DNA of 47,814 nt from a virus (IMGVR_UViG_3300029305_003072); one strand, 5' to 3'. Shown: positions 31,621 through 43,062, numbered from the stretch's first letter. The notes: generated by a model not told the origin, from the letters alone. Numbers and translations are program-made.

Positions 31621-31658
31621 ATAGGGGTGAGGATTTATCCTCACCCCTATTTTTTTTT
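31621..31658 (+). terminator. Intrinsic terminator
   Basis: ATAGGGGTGAGGA-ttta-TCCTCACCCCTAT followed by a T-run. Confidence 0.8.
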
Positions 31659-31693
31659 GATATATAGATTTTGAAGAAAAGGAGTGAAAAATT

Positions 31694-33946
31694 GTGGCAC
31701 AATTAAGAGATTTAATTGTTAATGGGCCTTCTCGTTTTCTTGGAGTATCTACATATAATGAAGATGTACTTCTAAATAAAGGTGCAATTGCTTATGATGT
31801 TATTATACCAGGAGAAACCTTAACCTATAATTTAGGTACAGCAGATAACGCTTGGTTAAATATATATGGTGCAAACCTAAGAGCATCAACAGCAGTTATT
31901 GTTACTGGCAGTGCAGAAGCGACAGCCGCAAGTTCTGGAGCAATTCAAGTAACTGGCGGTATTTATGTAGCTAAAAAATCTTTGTTTGGTAGTGATATTT
32001 ATTTAGGCTCAACATCTTATTATTTAAATGGCACAACAAGTAAACTAAATGGCTTAACAACTGCCAGTACTATTACTTCTGGCGGTAATGTTGTTCCAAG
32101 TGAGACTAACAAAAAGAGCCTTGGTACTTCTAGTTTGCGTTGGGCTAACTTATATATTGTAAATGGTAACGCTTCTGGCTCACTATCTGTGTCTGGAACT
32201 GTAACTTCTACTGGCGGTTTTATTGGAAATTTAACTGGCAATGTTGTTGGTAATGTAACTGGTGATGTTACAGGTAATCTAATTGGTGTTGCTGATAAAG
32301 CTAATCGTTTAACCAAATCAGGTGGTAGTACTGATAGACCAGTTTATTTTACTACTGATGGAATTCCATAGCCTACTACTTATCGTATGGCTGGCACTAA
32401 TGTAACAGCTACAACAGGAATTGCGATTGGCAGTGCCACTAATACTGGTATTTGGTATGTTAATGATACTTCTGGTATTCTTGGTATTAGTGATGGTGTA
32501 GCTATTGTAAATAAATATAACGACTCTTGGATTACTCAAATTTATCAAGACTATCGCACTGGTCAACTTGCGGTTCGTGGTAAAAATAATGGTACTTGGC
32601 AAGATTGGAGAGTTATTCTTGATGAAGATAATTTTACTAATTATCTTGATGGTCATTATAATGGTAAATATGTTTTAAAAACAGGCGATACCATGTCTGG
32701 CCCTCTAGTTATTCAAACCAGTGAAAATAAATTAACAATGAATACTAGTGGAAGTATTACTACTGAAGTTACAAAAAGCGGTGGATGGGCACGATATATT
32801 GATTGGAAATAGAAAAATACATCTAGTGATACTGCAAGCGTAAAAGCAGAAATGGGTGCCTATGGCGCAGGAGGAACTTTAAATTATTGGTATGTTGGTA
32901 CTGGTTGGGAAGAAGAAAATACTTGGTTATAGGTTAATGCAACTGGCACCACTGTAAAAGGAATTCTAAATGCAAAAGGTCATGTTTATTTAACAGGCTC
33001 TCACGCTAGTTCTAGTACTGGTAATACAACTCAATTAGTGTTTGGTACACCAAGTGAAAATCATGTCGTATTATCTTCTAATGATAATGCATTAGTTATT
33101 AATCCAACTACTTCTTCCACCACAAATTAGATTGTTTTATATTTAAATAGTAAATCTAAATTCCCTAGTGGCTTAGACGTAGGCACAGCTTCTTCTTTTG
33201 CTTCTGATGTGAATATCGGTGGTAATTTACAAGTTACTGGCTCTATTAAAGGATTAAGTACTTTAGCCATTACTGGCGCCACAACTTTAAGTAATACTTT
33301 ATCTGTAACTGGAGCTGCTTCATTATCAAATACTTTAACTGTATCAAAAGTTACTACCCTAAACGGAGGTCTTATCGTTAGTGGTAGACCTTATGGCTCT
33401 GGTGATGATGAAGGTATTGTTGTTGCACCTGCAGCTAACGGATATGCAGGTATTACTTTAGGTAGTGCTTCTGGTATTAGAAGTACTCTATATTTAACAC
33501 CAGCTGATAGAACACATAGAGCAGTTTGGCGTTACTATAATGGTACAACCAATTATGATGTTACGCATCCTGAAACTAGTGGTGAATTGGTGGTACATAC
33601 CGCTGATACAGCCGCAGGTAATGCTAGTGTTCCCGTTTATATTGCTGCTTCTGGTGTCGCGACCGCAATTACCTGTCTTGAACCTTCAAAAGGTGGTACT
33701 GGTAATACCAACTTAGTGAGTGGACGTTTGGTTTATACTGAGGCTTACAACGGTTCAGTCAGAATGACTTCTGGCGGCAATCATTATGCAAATGCTACTA
33801 AGGTTGCTATTAATTCAACTGCTGCCCCCACAGGAGCTTTCCATGTGCAAGGTGATACATCTATCAACGGAGCGATTACAGTTGACTCTAAGGTAAAATT
33901 TGTGTATAATAGTACCGATGAAAGTTTAGATTTTATATTTATTTAA
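31694..33946 (+). CDS. Long tail fibre protein, cassette 2 (750 aa, TAG=Gln)
   Basis: GTG start with RBS AAAGGAG and 4 TAG (32369, 32810, 32930, 33128). Fibre motifs include LGTSSLRW, GNVTGDVTG and WQDWRVILDEDN, and the C-terminus is FVYNSTDESLDFIFI. Confidence 0.8.
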
Positions 33947-33961
33947 GGAGGAGATTAATAT

Positions 33962-36388
33962 ATGAGTTTATTAATATGGTTACCATTACATGGTAATTTA
34001 GAAAACTATGGTTCTTCTCCAATAAAATTTAGTTTAAATACTACTGGTGGCGGTGTTGCAGCTGCCACCAGTGGTGGAAAAACAGATATGCGCTGTTATC
34101 AACGAACAGCTATTAATACAGTTTCTCATATTACTAGTGATTCCACAATTGATTTAAATAAAGATTTTACTATGGCATGTTGGTGTTATCCAACCACTCC
34201 TGGTAATGCTACTTCTGCAAATGGAATTCTAACGAATCATAATCATTCTCATAATAGTGATAAAGGTAGTGGTTCAGGAATTACTTTAAAATATAGTGGT
34301 AATACAACTTGTTATATGAGTTGTAATACTTCTTCTTCTACTGGAAGAACATATTATTCATATTATGGAACTACAAACATCTATGGAGCTTGGCATCACT
34401 TATGTTTAACCTATAAGAAATCTACTAAAACTTATCGTTTATTTGTAGATGGTATTTGCGAAAAGGAATTTACTTGCGAGAATGTATCTGCTGCAAATAA
34501 ATTTAATATATTTGATTGGTCTGTCGGGCATTCAAATAATGGGTCATATAGACCCGCCTGTAAAATTAATGATGTGCGAGTATATGATGAATGTTTATCC
34601 AAAAGAGAAGTGAAATTATTAAGTCAAGGTTTAGTTTTACATTATAAATTAGATGGCGGAAATGCGAATAATTTATTAACTAATTCTTATACGATTGGAA
34701 ATAGACAAACCTCTTTTGATAAGGTCTATGGATTTCCTGTCTGTAGTGCAGATAATAGTGCAGGCACTGGATATAAAGATTTTGCTTCTTGGGGAGGACA
34801 CTCTGTTTCTATAAATGAAGTATATACAGCAAGTTTCTTTGCTAAATCATCTACTTCAAGTACTTTAACTATGTACTTTTATAATAATACATCTGGCGTG
34901 GTTCAAGTTTCTAATATTAAATCATCTGAAGGACATAATAAAAGCGGCAGTGATGGCAATTGTCCTCTATCATTAACTCCTCAATGGAAAAAATATACAG
35001 TAACTTGGACTTTTGCAGCAAGCGGAACAACTACAAATAAAACCTTGCTATTTAGACTTGCGGCAGGTGGTAAATGTGATATAGCTTTACCAAAATTAGA
35101 AAAAGGTTCGATTGCTACCCCTTATTGCCCAGCATTAAGTGAAACATTTTTTAATGCTGCTGATGATTGTAGTGGATATGGTCGTAATGGCACAACAGTT
35201 GGTAATATTACTTTTAGCTCTGATACTCCACGCTATGCGGCAAGCTCTGTGTTTGATGGTTCAACCACAGGCATTAATTTACCAATTAAAGATTTAATGA
35301 AAGCAGTATTGAGTGATAAGTGTACTATTAATTTTTGGGTAAAAGAATCAAATACATCAAGTAGAAGTATTTACTTTGGCGGTTATAGTGGTAGTAATTT
35401 TAATATTGAACAAAATGTAACATCTTTCCGAGTATATTGGAATGGTAGTCCAGATTTATCAGTAGGTACAATTACTAATAACGAATGGGCTATGTGGACT
35501 GTTACAACAGATATTGCTACTGGTATTAAAATATATAAAAATGCAACTTTAGTAAAAACTCATACGGGTGCTCTTACTAATATTGCTTCAAGTTTTACAA
35601 GAGATTTTAATATTGGTAAAGATAGTAGAACTGATGATACAATGATGGAAGGTAAAATGTCAGATTTTAGAATTTATGCTTCTGTATTGTCTGCTACTGA
35701 TATTAAAGACTTATATCAAACTGCAGCGTCAATAACTAAAGAGGGTTCTGTATAGGCTTATGAATTTATTGAAGAGCCTGATAGTTTTGATATTAAAATG
35801 ACTAAATAGGGTATGTTAAAAGCTGCTGACATTTCTGAAATTGGATATATTGGCGGTATGAAAGTTAAAGTGCTATCCGACAATAGTGCTTGGGCACGTA
35901 TTCATTGGCTTGACGTGACTACGGATAAAACTTGGTTTACTGCTAGCGAAGTTGCCTTTTGCAATTAGGCTAATCGTTTTAGTCGAATGGGTTTAGTAGA
36001 CCATTTTAAAGTAGATGGTAAATATGAGTTTATGTTAACTTATCCGTCTTTGTCAAATTCTTTATATAATAGATGGACACAAACAAGCTCTCCAAATGCA
36101 AGTACTGTAACTGGTTTTACTGCTATTACAACAGCATGGAATAATCATAATGCAGGCATTCGTAAACATGGTTCAGCTTGCGTCTATAACTGTGACACTG
36201 GCTCAACTTGGTTTGCTCCTATTGGACAGAAATCTGCTTGGGATAGTACTAAATTTATTCCTGCCGCAGATGGCACTTCACAAACTGAAACAGAATTGTG
36301 GGTAAGAATTGATACATTACCCAACTTAACAAAAACTAGTATGCTTGATAAAGAATATTTACAAGCATTTAAGATATATGAAATTTAA
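33962..36388 (+). CDS. LamG/concanavalin-like multidomain receptor-binding protein, cassette 2 (808 aa, TAG=Gln)
   Basis: 3 TAG (35753, 35807, 35966). It is a full-length paralog of 28886-31303 (MSLLIWLPL, INDVRVYD, KLEKGSIATPY, DCSGYG, SDFRIYA, NRWTQTSSPN). Confidence 0.8.
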
Positions 36389-36407
36389 GAGAGAAAGGAG
36401 TATTTAA

Positions 36408-39400
36408 ATGGCACAAGTAAATGATTTACTCGTCCTTGGAAAAGCTAATTTTTTAAATGAGATAACTTCTTCTCAATTATTAAGAGCCTTTGGCGGTATT
36501 GCAGTAGATAGTTCAACTGAAGAATCTACATCTTTACCTTATTTTTTAGGTATTAAAGCTTTTGCTGATGGTGGCAATGTTGTTTGGTCTAGTCCCACGA
36601 ATACAGCTAATGTAATTAGACTTAATGCTTCTGGAACTTGGCCTATTAGTATTAGTGGTCTTGCCGCAAAAGCAACCGCTGATGCAAATGGAAGTACTAT
36701 CACTTCTACTTATGCGAAGTTAAAATCTTATAATGATATGATTCATTCTACAAATGAATATACATTTGCATCTCCGGCTTATTCTGGAGCCATTTGGATT
36801 AACTATCGAACTGCAAGTGGAGCAACTGATGGTAATATTACTACTTATAATTTTGGTAATGGTAAAGGCGGAACTGCAGGAGTTACTCTTGTGGCAACAA
36901 CTTTTAATGGCAATGCTACCAGCGCTAATTATGCAACTTCTGCTGGTAATGCAAACACTTTAGATAATATTGATTCTACTGGATTCTTAAGATATTACAA
37001 TAGTAATACTGCAATATCATCTACTGAAGTTGTTAATACTCCATCTTATGTACATACGGTTAGTACAACAGGTGGAAATATTACAACATCTGTGAAACCC
37101 TCTGGCATGAACAATGCATGGGGACTTATTCACTTACATACTCATACTGGTAATTACGCTACCTAGTTAGGTTTCGGTGGCACAACTGGAAATTTATATA
37201 TGCGCAATGCTTATAATTCTGCAACTTTTGGTAGTTGGAAAACTATTCTTGATTCTGGAAACTGGACAAGCATTGTCGATGGAAGATATTTAAAATTATC
37301 AGGCGGAACAATGACTGGCTTAGTGTCATATAAAACCACAAATTATACTTCTACTCCAATGGCAATATATGATGACGGAACAAATTATGGACATAGCTTA
37401 GTTATTGGTGCTGGCGGCACTACTTATATTGGAGCTGGTGAGGCTGCTAGTACTTTATATTCAACAAAACTAAAAGTTACTTCTACTGAGGATTTAATTC
37501 TCGGTGCAGACAGTAATATTAGATTTCATACGAATGCAGATAATGCAACCACCACGAATGGAGTAACTCTTAATACCTCCAATTATTTTTATCCATAGAC
37601 AACTAACACTGGTAGTGTTGGTACTTCTGGTAATAAATGGGGTTCCATGTATGCCACAACCTTTTATGGAGCTTTAAGTGGTAATGCTACAACAGCTAGT
37701 GCTTTAACTCCGATTACTACAAATGATTTAGCTTCTAGTAGTACGACTAAAAGACGCATTTGGTTTTGTTATGATAATAATACAACAGGTCGACCTGCTT
37801 ATGATGATAGATTTACAATTCAAACTTCTACTGGAACATTATTTGCTCCAATTTTTAGTGGTAATTTAAGTGGTAATGCAACAACAGCAACTACTGCCAA
37901 TGCCTTAGCAAGTACTGGTTATGGTAATGGTAATTTTACTTGGTTTCAAACTTCTGGAGAGTTCGCTGGCAATAGCGGATGGGCATCTTATTTAGTTTCT
38001 AATCATGGAGATGGCTCTAGTTATTATCATTAGATTATTGCTATACCATTTTGGGATCCTCCAAAATATCGCCGCATGGAGGGTAATACTAGTACCGTTA
38101 AAGGCTGGTATGATTTTATTACTGATGAAAATTATACTACCAAGTTAGATGCTCGATATTACACCGAAGCAGAAGCCGATAGCCGTTTTGTAAATGTAAC
38201 TGGCGATTCCATGAGTGGAACGTTAAGTTGGAGCGGAAATATTTCAAGTTTAAATTTCCGCACTGGACATAGTGATTATGATGGTGTAATTAGTTATCAA
38301 ACAAGTGGTAATGAAGCTATGTTATTTACTACTAAAAACGTAGTTACGAGTTTTATGTTTGTTAATGGTGAAGACACTATTACTAATATGGCTGCTGATA
38401 GATGGACTAAAATAACTCCCGGTTTACAAATTAAAAATAATTGTGTTGCGATTGGTAAATTAATTGCTAATGGTAGTACTCCCAGTTATAAACTAGAAGT
38501 AGCTGGAATGACATATTCTTCAGGTCGTTACTTATCTGAAACAGTACCTTCTTCTTGGATTGATGGTTAGCGTTATAATAACGGTGCTTATAATGTAAAT
38601 ACTTATTCTAATGATGGCAGCTATAATCCTTGGATACGTGCAACTAATAGTCATGCTAATGTTGCTAAGTGGTTTAGTTTTGGTACATTAGGCAAACAAT
38701 TTTATTGGATTGGTTCTACTACGAGTCGTACTGAAAATAGTTATGATAAAGGTATGTCATTTAATGTTGAATCTGGTTTATTATATGCTCCAATTGTTGG
38801 TGGCGATAGAATTTATACTGGCTATGATGCTGGAGTAACTGGCTCTGTATCTTGTTCTAATTGGTTCCGTTCAAGTGGCGCAACAGGTTGGTATAATGCT
38901 TCTTATGGTAATCATTTATACCCAAATACTGTAACAGGTTATGGCGGTTTTATGATGTATGGTAATGTTAGAGGTGGATATGAAGGCATTATTCTTGGTA
39001 ATAGTACTAGTTATATGACATTGATGTCAAGTGACCCTCATCAAGGATTGTATAATGAAGCAAAAGGACGTTGGATTATTTATTATAATAAAACTAATAA
39101 TCAAACTTCTGTAAATGGCGCTTAGACTTCAGCAACAGCTTTTCCATTTACTATTTTTGGTGCAACTTATATTGATGGTCGTTTGGTTGTAAAAGGCAAT
39201 GGTTCTTCTTATAATGAAGGTATTCGTGTTTTACCTGCATCAAATGGATGGTCTAACTTATTCTTCTCTGGAACGAATACTGTAGAAGGCACTCATGATG
39301 GCGGTTGGTTAATCGGTCGTAGGGGAACAGCTGGAAGTACTTATGGTGCAGTTGGAGATTTCTGTATTGAAAATAATAATAGTGTTGGAAGTAATTTAAC

Positions 39401-39935
39401 GTTAACTAAAGCTGGTATTTTAGTTAATATTGGACCAATCTTTGGCTATAGATATAAACAAACTAGTAATGGCGCTGCTTTTATGTGGGATAAACCTGGT
39501 AGTAATTACACTGGTATGGGCGCTAATGATTCTAGTGACACTATTCAATTTAGAGCTTGCGATATCGCTGGTAATTGGGTAGATTATAAACAACATTGGA
39601 ATTTCTATGGTGATTTATTTGCTTATGGCGCAAGATTTGCAAATAGAGGTACTTCAACATCTACTTCTGCTTATAGTGATTCAGCAGTTGAAATTCGTGA
39701 ATACGGTTTTGGCGGCGCTCAATCTGATACTTGGGGAGTTGCTCCTCGTTTAAGTTTCCATTGGAGTGGACGTGTTGCAGCGCAAATAGGTCTTGCTTCT
39801 AACGGTAAATTATATATCAATAATAATACTCAAGGAAGTACTACATTCTTACAAATTGTCGGTATGACTGGCTATGGTACTGCAGCCCCATCTGGTGCAG
39901 CTCCTGCTGGTTCAGTTTATTTTAAATATAGTTAA
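36408..39935 (+). CDS. Long tail fibre protein, cassette 3 (1175 aa, TAG=Gln)
   Basis: 5 TAG (37164, 37596, 38031, 38568, 39123) join six track ORFs. The N-terminus MAQVNDLLVLG resembles MAQLRDLIVNG of 31694, with repeated GNATTA, WKTILDSGN and YLKLSGGTMTG motifs. Confidence 0.8.
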
Positions 39936-39947
39936 CTAATTAATTGT

Positions 39948-39993
39948 ATACCTGAAAGATGCTTAAAAAAGTATCTTTCAGGTATTTTTTTTT
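39948..39993 (+). terminator. Intrinsic terminator ending the fibre region
   Basis: ATACCTGAAAGATGCT-loop-AGTATCTTTCAGGTAT followed by a T-run. Confidence 0.8.
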
Positions 39994-40022
39994 GACTTTT
40001 TTCTTCCTATTTCCCGCCAATA

Positions 40023-40150
40023 GAGGTCCTCAAAAAGAATTGTCCCAACACAAAAATAATCTTTATTCCCTCCTAAAATGGCATTCTCGAGGTCCTAGTG
40101 GGAACTCGTCTCGGTCCCCGGTTGGTCAATTTAGATTAATTTTTCGGTCC
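40023..40150 (+). repeat. Cluster of co-oriented GGTCC repeats in non-coding DNA
   Basis: GGTCC at 40025, 40091, 40113 and 40146 (as GAGGTCCT twice and TCGGTCC twice), plus GGTCA at 40124. Confidence 0.55.
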
Positions 40151-40171
40151 TAATTTTCACTATACTATGAG
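40122..40171 (+). promoter_or_regulatory. Recurrent upstream motif copy 5 (TTGGTC-N38-TATGAG)
   Basis: Upstream of the six-gene operon, contains AGATTA. Confidence 0.4.
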
Positions 40172-40216
40172 GGGATGGATAATGAAAATTTTTTGTATGG
40201 AAAGGAGACCTTACAT

Positions 40217-40657
40217 ATGTATTCCAACTATAATTATTATCCACAGCAACCTACACAGACTCCACAAGTCACCCAATAGCAATCAATGTACTAGATGCCC
40301 TATTTACGACAGGCGCCGCCGCAAACAGGACTGAAAGGCCGTTTGGTTAGTTCATTGGAAGAGGCCCGTGCAACCTCTATTGACTTCGATGGTTCTGTAT
40401 TCTATTTTCCAGATTTGGCGAACAAACGAATCTACACAAAACAAATAAATATGGATGGTACCGCTACATTATGTATGTATGAATTAAGGGAATTACCCAT
40501 TGAAAAAGAAGAGAGCGCTGTATTGCCATCCGTTGAGAAATTTGTAACGAGAGAAGAGTTTGAGCGGGTCTTGGAGTATATTAAATCACTTCAAAAGCCA
40601 ACCGAGCCGGCCGCACCCGCCCCGCAGAAACAGAAAGTAGAAATTTTATCATTCTAA
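40217..40657 (+). CDS. Six-gene module gene 1: hypothetical, Gln/Pro/Tyr-rich N-terminus (146 aa, TAG=Gln)
   Basis: RBS AAAGGAG before ATG 40217. Two TAG (40277, 40292) sit inside a Q-rich tract (VTQ*QSMY*MPY). The core reads GRLVSSLEEARA..IDFDGS.FYFPD..KRIY.KQ. Confidence 0.8.
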
Positions 40658-40667
40658 GGAGGTATGA

Positions 40668-40922
40668 ATGATGTATCCAGTAGACCCAAATGTTTTAATT
40701 CAAATGATTAAATCCGGGCGGAATCCTCAACAGTTGATGTTATCAATTTTACAAGGACAAGCCTATAACAATCCCCTCGGAAAAAATCTCCTAAATTTAG
40801 CTCAACAAGGTCGAACCGACGAACTAGAGAAAGTAGTTCGTAATATTTACGCTCAATAGGGCGGTTCTAATTTCGACCAGGAGTTCGAAGCCTTTAAACG
40901 TGCATTAGGCTATCAAAATTAA
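40668..40922 (+). CDS. Six-gene module gene 2: hypothetical helical protein (84 aa, TAG=Gln)
   Basis: RBS AAGGAGG, TAG at 40857, and reading continues to TAA at 40920-40922. Confidence 0.75.
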
Positions 40923-40942
40923 AATTTAAGGAGGACACAATT

Positions 40943-41665
40943 ATGTTTAATGGAAAAGGTTACAATTTATCTGATATCGCTGCTGTAACTGGTAATCGCA
41001 ATGGCGATGGTATGTGGGGCGATAATGGCTGGTGGATTATCCTGTTATTCTTGTTCGCAGGATGGGGCCGCGGCGGATTTGGCGGCTTTGGTGGCGGCTA
41101 TGAAGCACCTTGTGCTACCCAAGCTGATGTCCGTGCCGCAGTTGACCAGCAAACTTTAATTTCTAAATTAGACAACCAGACTTATGGTTTGGCAGATTCT
41201 ACTTACGCATTAAATAACTCTATTATGAGTGGTTTCCATGGAGTAGATACTGCTGTTTGCACTCTTGGCTACAATATTCAGAGTGGCTTTAACACTTTAG
41301 GTCACCAGATTAGTGATTGTTGCTGCGAGACTGGCCGTGCAATTGAGCGTGGCTTTGCAGAGACTAACTATAATATGGCAACTCAGGCTTGCGACACTCG
41401 TCGCGCAATCGCAGACAGCACCCGTGACATTATTGATGCTAATAATGCTGGTGTTCGTTCTATCTTAGACTTCTTGACTAATGATAAGATTGCTACTTTG
41501 ACTGCTGATAACCAATCTTTGAAGTTCCAGGCTTCCCAGGCCGCACAGAACGCTTACTTGGTAAATCAGTTACGTCCATGCCCAGTTCCCGCTTATACCG
41601 TTCCTAATCCCTACTGCTGCAATACCTACTTTGGTGGATGCGGCAATGGTTTCGGTACTTTCTAA
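40943..41665 (+). CDS. Six-gene module gene 3: Gly/Trp-rich hydrophobic N-terminal segment plus long Cys-containing coiled coil (240 aa)
   Basis: Intact ORF with GWWIILLFLFAGWGRGGFGG, CCCET, a heptad C-terminal half and terminal RPCPVPAYTVPNPYCC. Confidence 0.85.
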   Translation: MFNGKGYNLSDIAAVTGNRNGDGMWGDNGWWIILLFLFAGWGRGGFGGFGGGYEAPCATQADVRAAVDQQTLISKLDNQTYGLADSTYALNNSIMSGFHGVDTAVCTLGYNIQSGFNTLGHQISDCCCETGRAIERGFAETNYNMATQACDTRRAIADSTRDIIDANNAGVRSILDFLTNDKIATLTADNQSLKFQASQAAQNAYLVNQLRPCPVPAYTVPNPYCCNTYFGGCGNGFGTF

Positions 41666-41684
41666 TCTAAAGGGGGTTTAATTT

Positions 41685-42104
41685 ATGGAAATTATTGCTA
41701 ATGCTCTTCAGACAGTTCCAGCAAATCAAAATGTTTATTTCACTGATACTGTGATTTGTGGTAATGCTACGATTGGTCATCGTGATGATAGTGGTTTAGT
41801 TACTCTAAGAGGTTTAACCGACCAATGCCGGGCTAGATTCCGTGTTTCTTTTGGAGCTAACATTGGACTACCAGCGGACGGAACAGTTGGCCCAATTTCT
41901 TTAGTTATTGCTATCAATGGTGAGCCTGTACGTGCTACTACTATGACAGTAACCCCAGCGGCAGTTGAGCAATTTTTCAATGTATATGCTTCTTTATATG
42001 TCGATGTTCCTCGTGGATGCTGTGTAACTATTAGTGTTCAGAATATTACAACTGATGATGTTGATGTTCAAAATGCTAATTTAATTGTTGACCGCACCGC
42101 TTGA
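41685..42104 (+). CDS. Six-gene module gene 4: all-beta protein, possibly BclA-C/C1q-TNF-like (139 aa)
   Basis: Intact ORF with an alternating beta-strand pattern (GLVTLRG..FRVSFGANI..ISLVIAINGE..TISVQN..NANLIV). The fold is inferred. Confidence 0.7.
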   Translation: MEIIANALQTVPANQNVYFTDTVICGNATIGHRDDSGLVTLRGLTDQCRARFRVSFGANIGLPADGTVGPISLVIAINGEPVRATTMTVTPAAVEQFFNVYASLYVDVPRGCCVTISVQNITTDDVDVQNANLIVDRTA

Positions 42105-42118
42105 AAGGAGGAATAAAT

Positions 42119-42754
42119 ATGCATGAAGAAAGATTAAAGCATATGAAAGAAACTCTAATGTGTGCTGTTGAAATGCAGCTATGTGATTTAGGTGAGGTAG
42201 ATACCAAAGAGCTTGGAGAAGCTATTGATATGATTAAAGATTTAGAGGAGGCAATCTACTATTGCACCGTCACTGAAGCTATGAAAGGCAATGGCTCAGA
42301 AATGGAGTTTGAAATGAAAAAAGGCGGCCATCACCAAGAGGAAAATGGTGACAGCCGCATGTATTATAGTGGCTCTCGCTATCCAATGATGTACGCCGAC
42401 GAGGGACGTCGTCGTAGAGCTGATGGAACCTTCTATAATGACCCAATGTATATGGACGGCGGGTCTGGAAATGGTACCAGTTATATGGATAACGGAACTA
42501 GTCATATGGACCGTGGAAACGGAACCATGTATCGCGATGAGCGTGAGGGCCGCAGCTACAATAGCCGCAGAATGTATATGGAAGCCAAAGATATGAAGAG
42601 AGATAAAGCTACTCAACTTCGTGAGTTAGAGAAGTATATGCAAGAGCTATCTCAAGACATCACTGAAATGATTGCGGACGCATCTCCAGAGGAGAAAGCA
42701 TATCTTGAAAAGAAGATTACCGCATTGGCTTCTAAAATCGGTCAAATGAAATGA
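42119..42754 (+). CDS. Six-gene module gene 5: hypothetical with helical ends and a Met/Tyr/Asp/Gly-rich low-complexity centre (211 aa)
   Basis: ATG 42119 after RBS AAGGAGG (the track starts at upstream TTG 42101). It has repeats MYMDGG / SYMDNG / HMDRG / MYRDE. Confidence 0.8.
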   Translation: MHEERLKHMKETLMCAVEMQLCDLGEVDTKELGEAIDMIKDLEEAIYYCTVTEAMKGNGSEMEFEMKKGGHHQEENGDSRMYYSGSRYPMMYADEGRRRRADGTFYNDPMYMDGGSGNGTSYMDNGTSHMDRGNGTMYRDEREGRSYNSRRMYMEAKDMKRDKATQLRELEKYMQELSQDITEMIADASPEEKAYLEKKITALASKIGQMK

Positions 42755-43062
42755 TTATCAATGGAGTGAGATGGCGAGTCCGAATGGTCTCGCCATCTCA
42801 TCCAATGCTACTAACCCCTTGGATGACTCATGCTCTTGGAGTTTGTGATAAAGTTACGCAAACTATTTACATAGACAAGACGCTCAAACCAGCTAAGGTT
42901 AAAGAAGTGCTATGCCACGAAATTGTTCATGCTTGTATGTTTAGCTACGCAGTAGATTTATCATACGATGAAGAGGAAATGGTAGCAGAATTAATGTCTA
43001 AATATGGAGACGAGATAATCAAATGGTCGAATAGAATTTATAATGGAATTAAAATGAAATAA
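42751..43062 (+). CDS. Six-gene module gene 6: small HExxH zinc-metallopeptidase-like protein (103 aa)
   Basis: LCHEIVHA motif with downstream EEE, and ATGA overlap with gene 5. Confidence 0.7.
   Translation: MIINGVRWRVRMVSPSHPMLLTPWMTHALGVCDKVTQTIYIDKTLKPAKVKEVLCHEIVHACMFSYAVDLSYDEEEMVAELMSKYGDEIIKWSNRIYNGIKMK

Noticed and set aside
165-39935. Interpreting the fragmented ORF track as pseudogenes, sequencing errors or programmed frameshifts
   Set aside because: Every break is TAG, the frame never shifts, no internal TAA/TGA occurs in the merged frames, and TAG aligns with Gln in paralogs.
27989-39935. Diversity-generating retroelement or invertible shufflon acting on the fibre genes
   Set aside because: There is no reverse transcriptase, no recombinase, no near-identical TR/VR pair differing at adenines, and no inverted crossover repeats. 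The paralogs are similar only at protein level.
39959-40153. 64-aa ORF in the intergenic island
   Set aside because: It starts inside the terminator hairpin, has no RBS, and its composition reflects T-runs and the GGTCC repeats.
39994-40216. Possible suppressor tRNA in the largest intergenic gap
   Set aside because: No cloverleaf, T-loop GTTCRA or CUA anticodon loop is recognisable by eye. tRNAscan-SE/ARAGORN would settle it.
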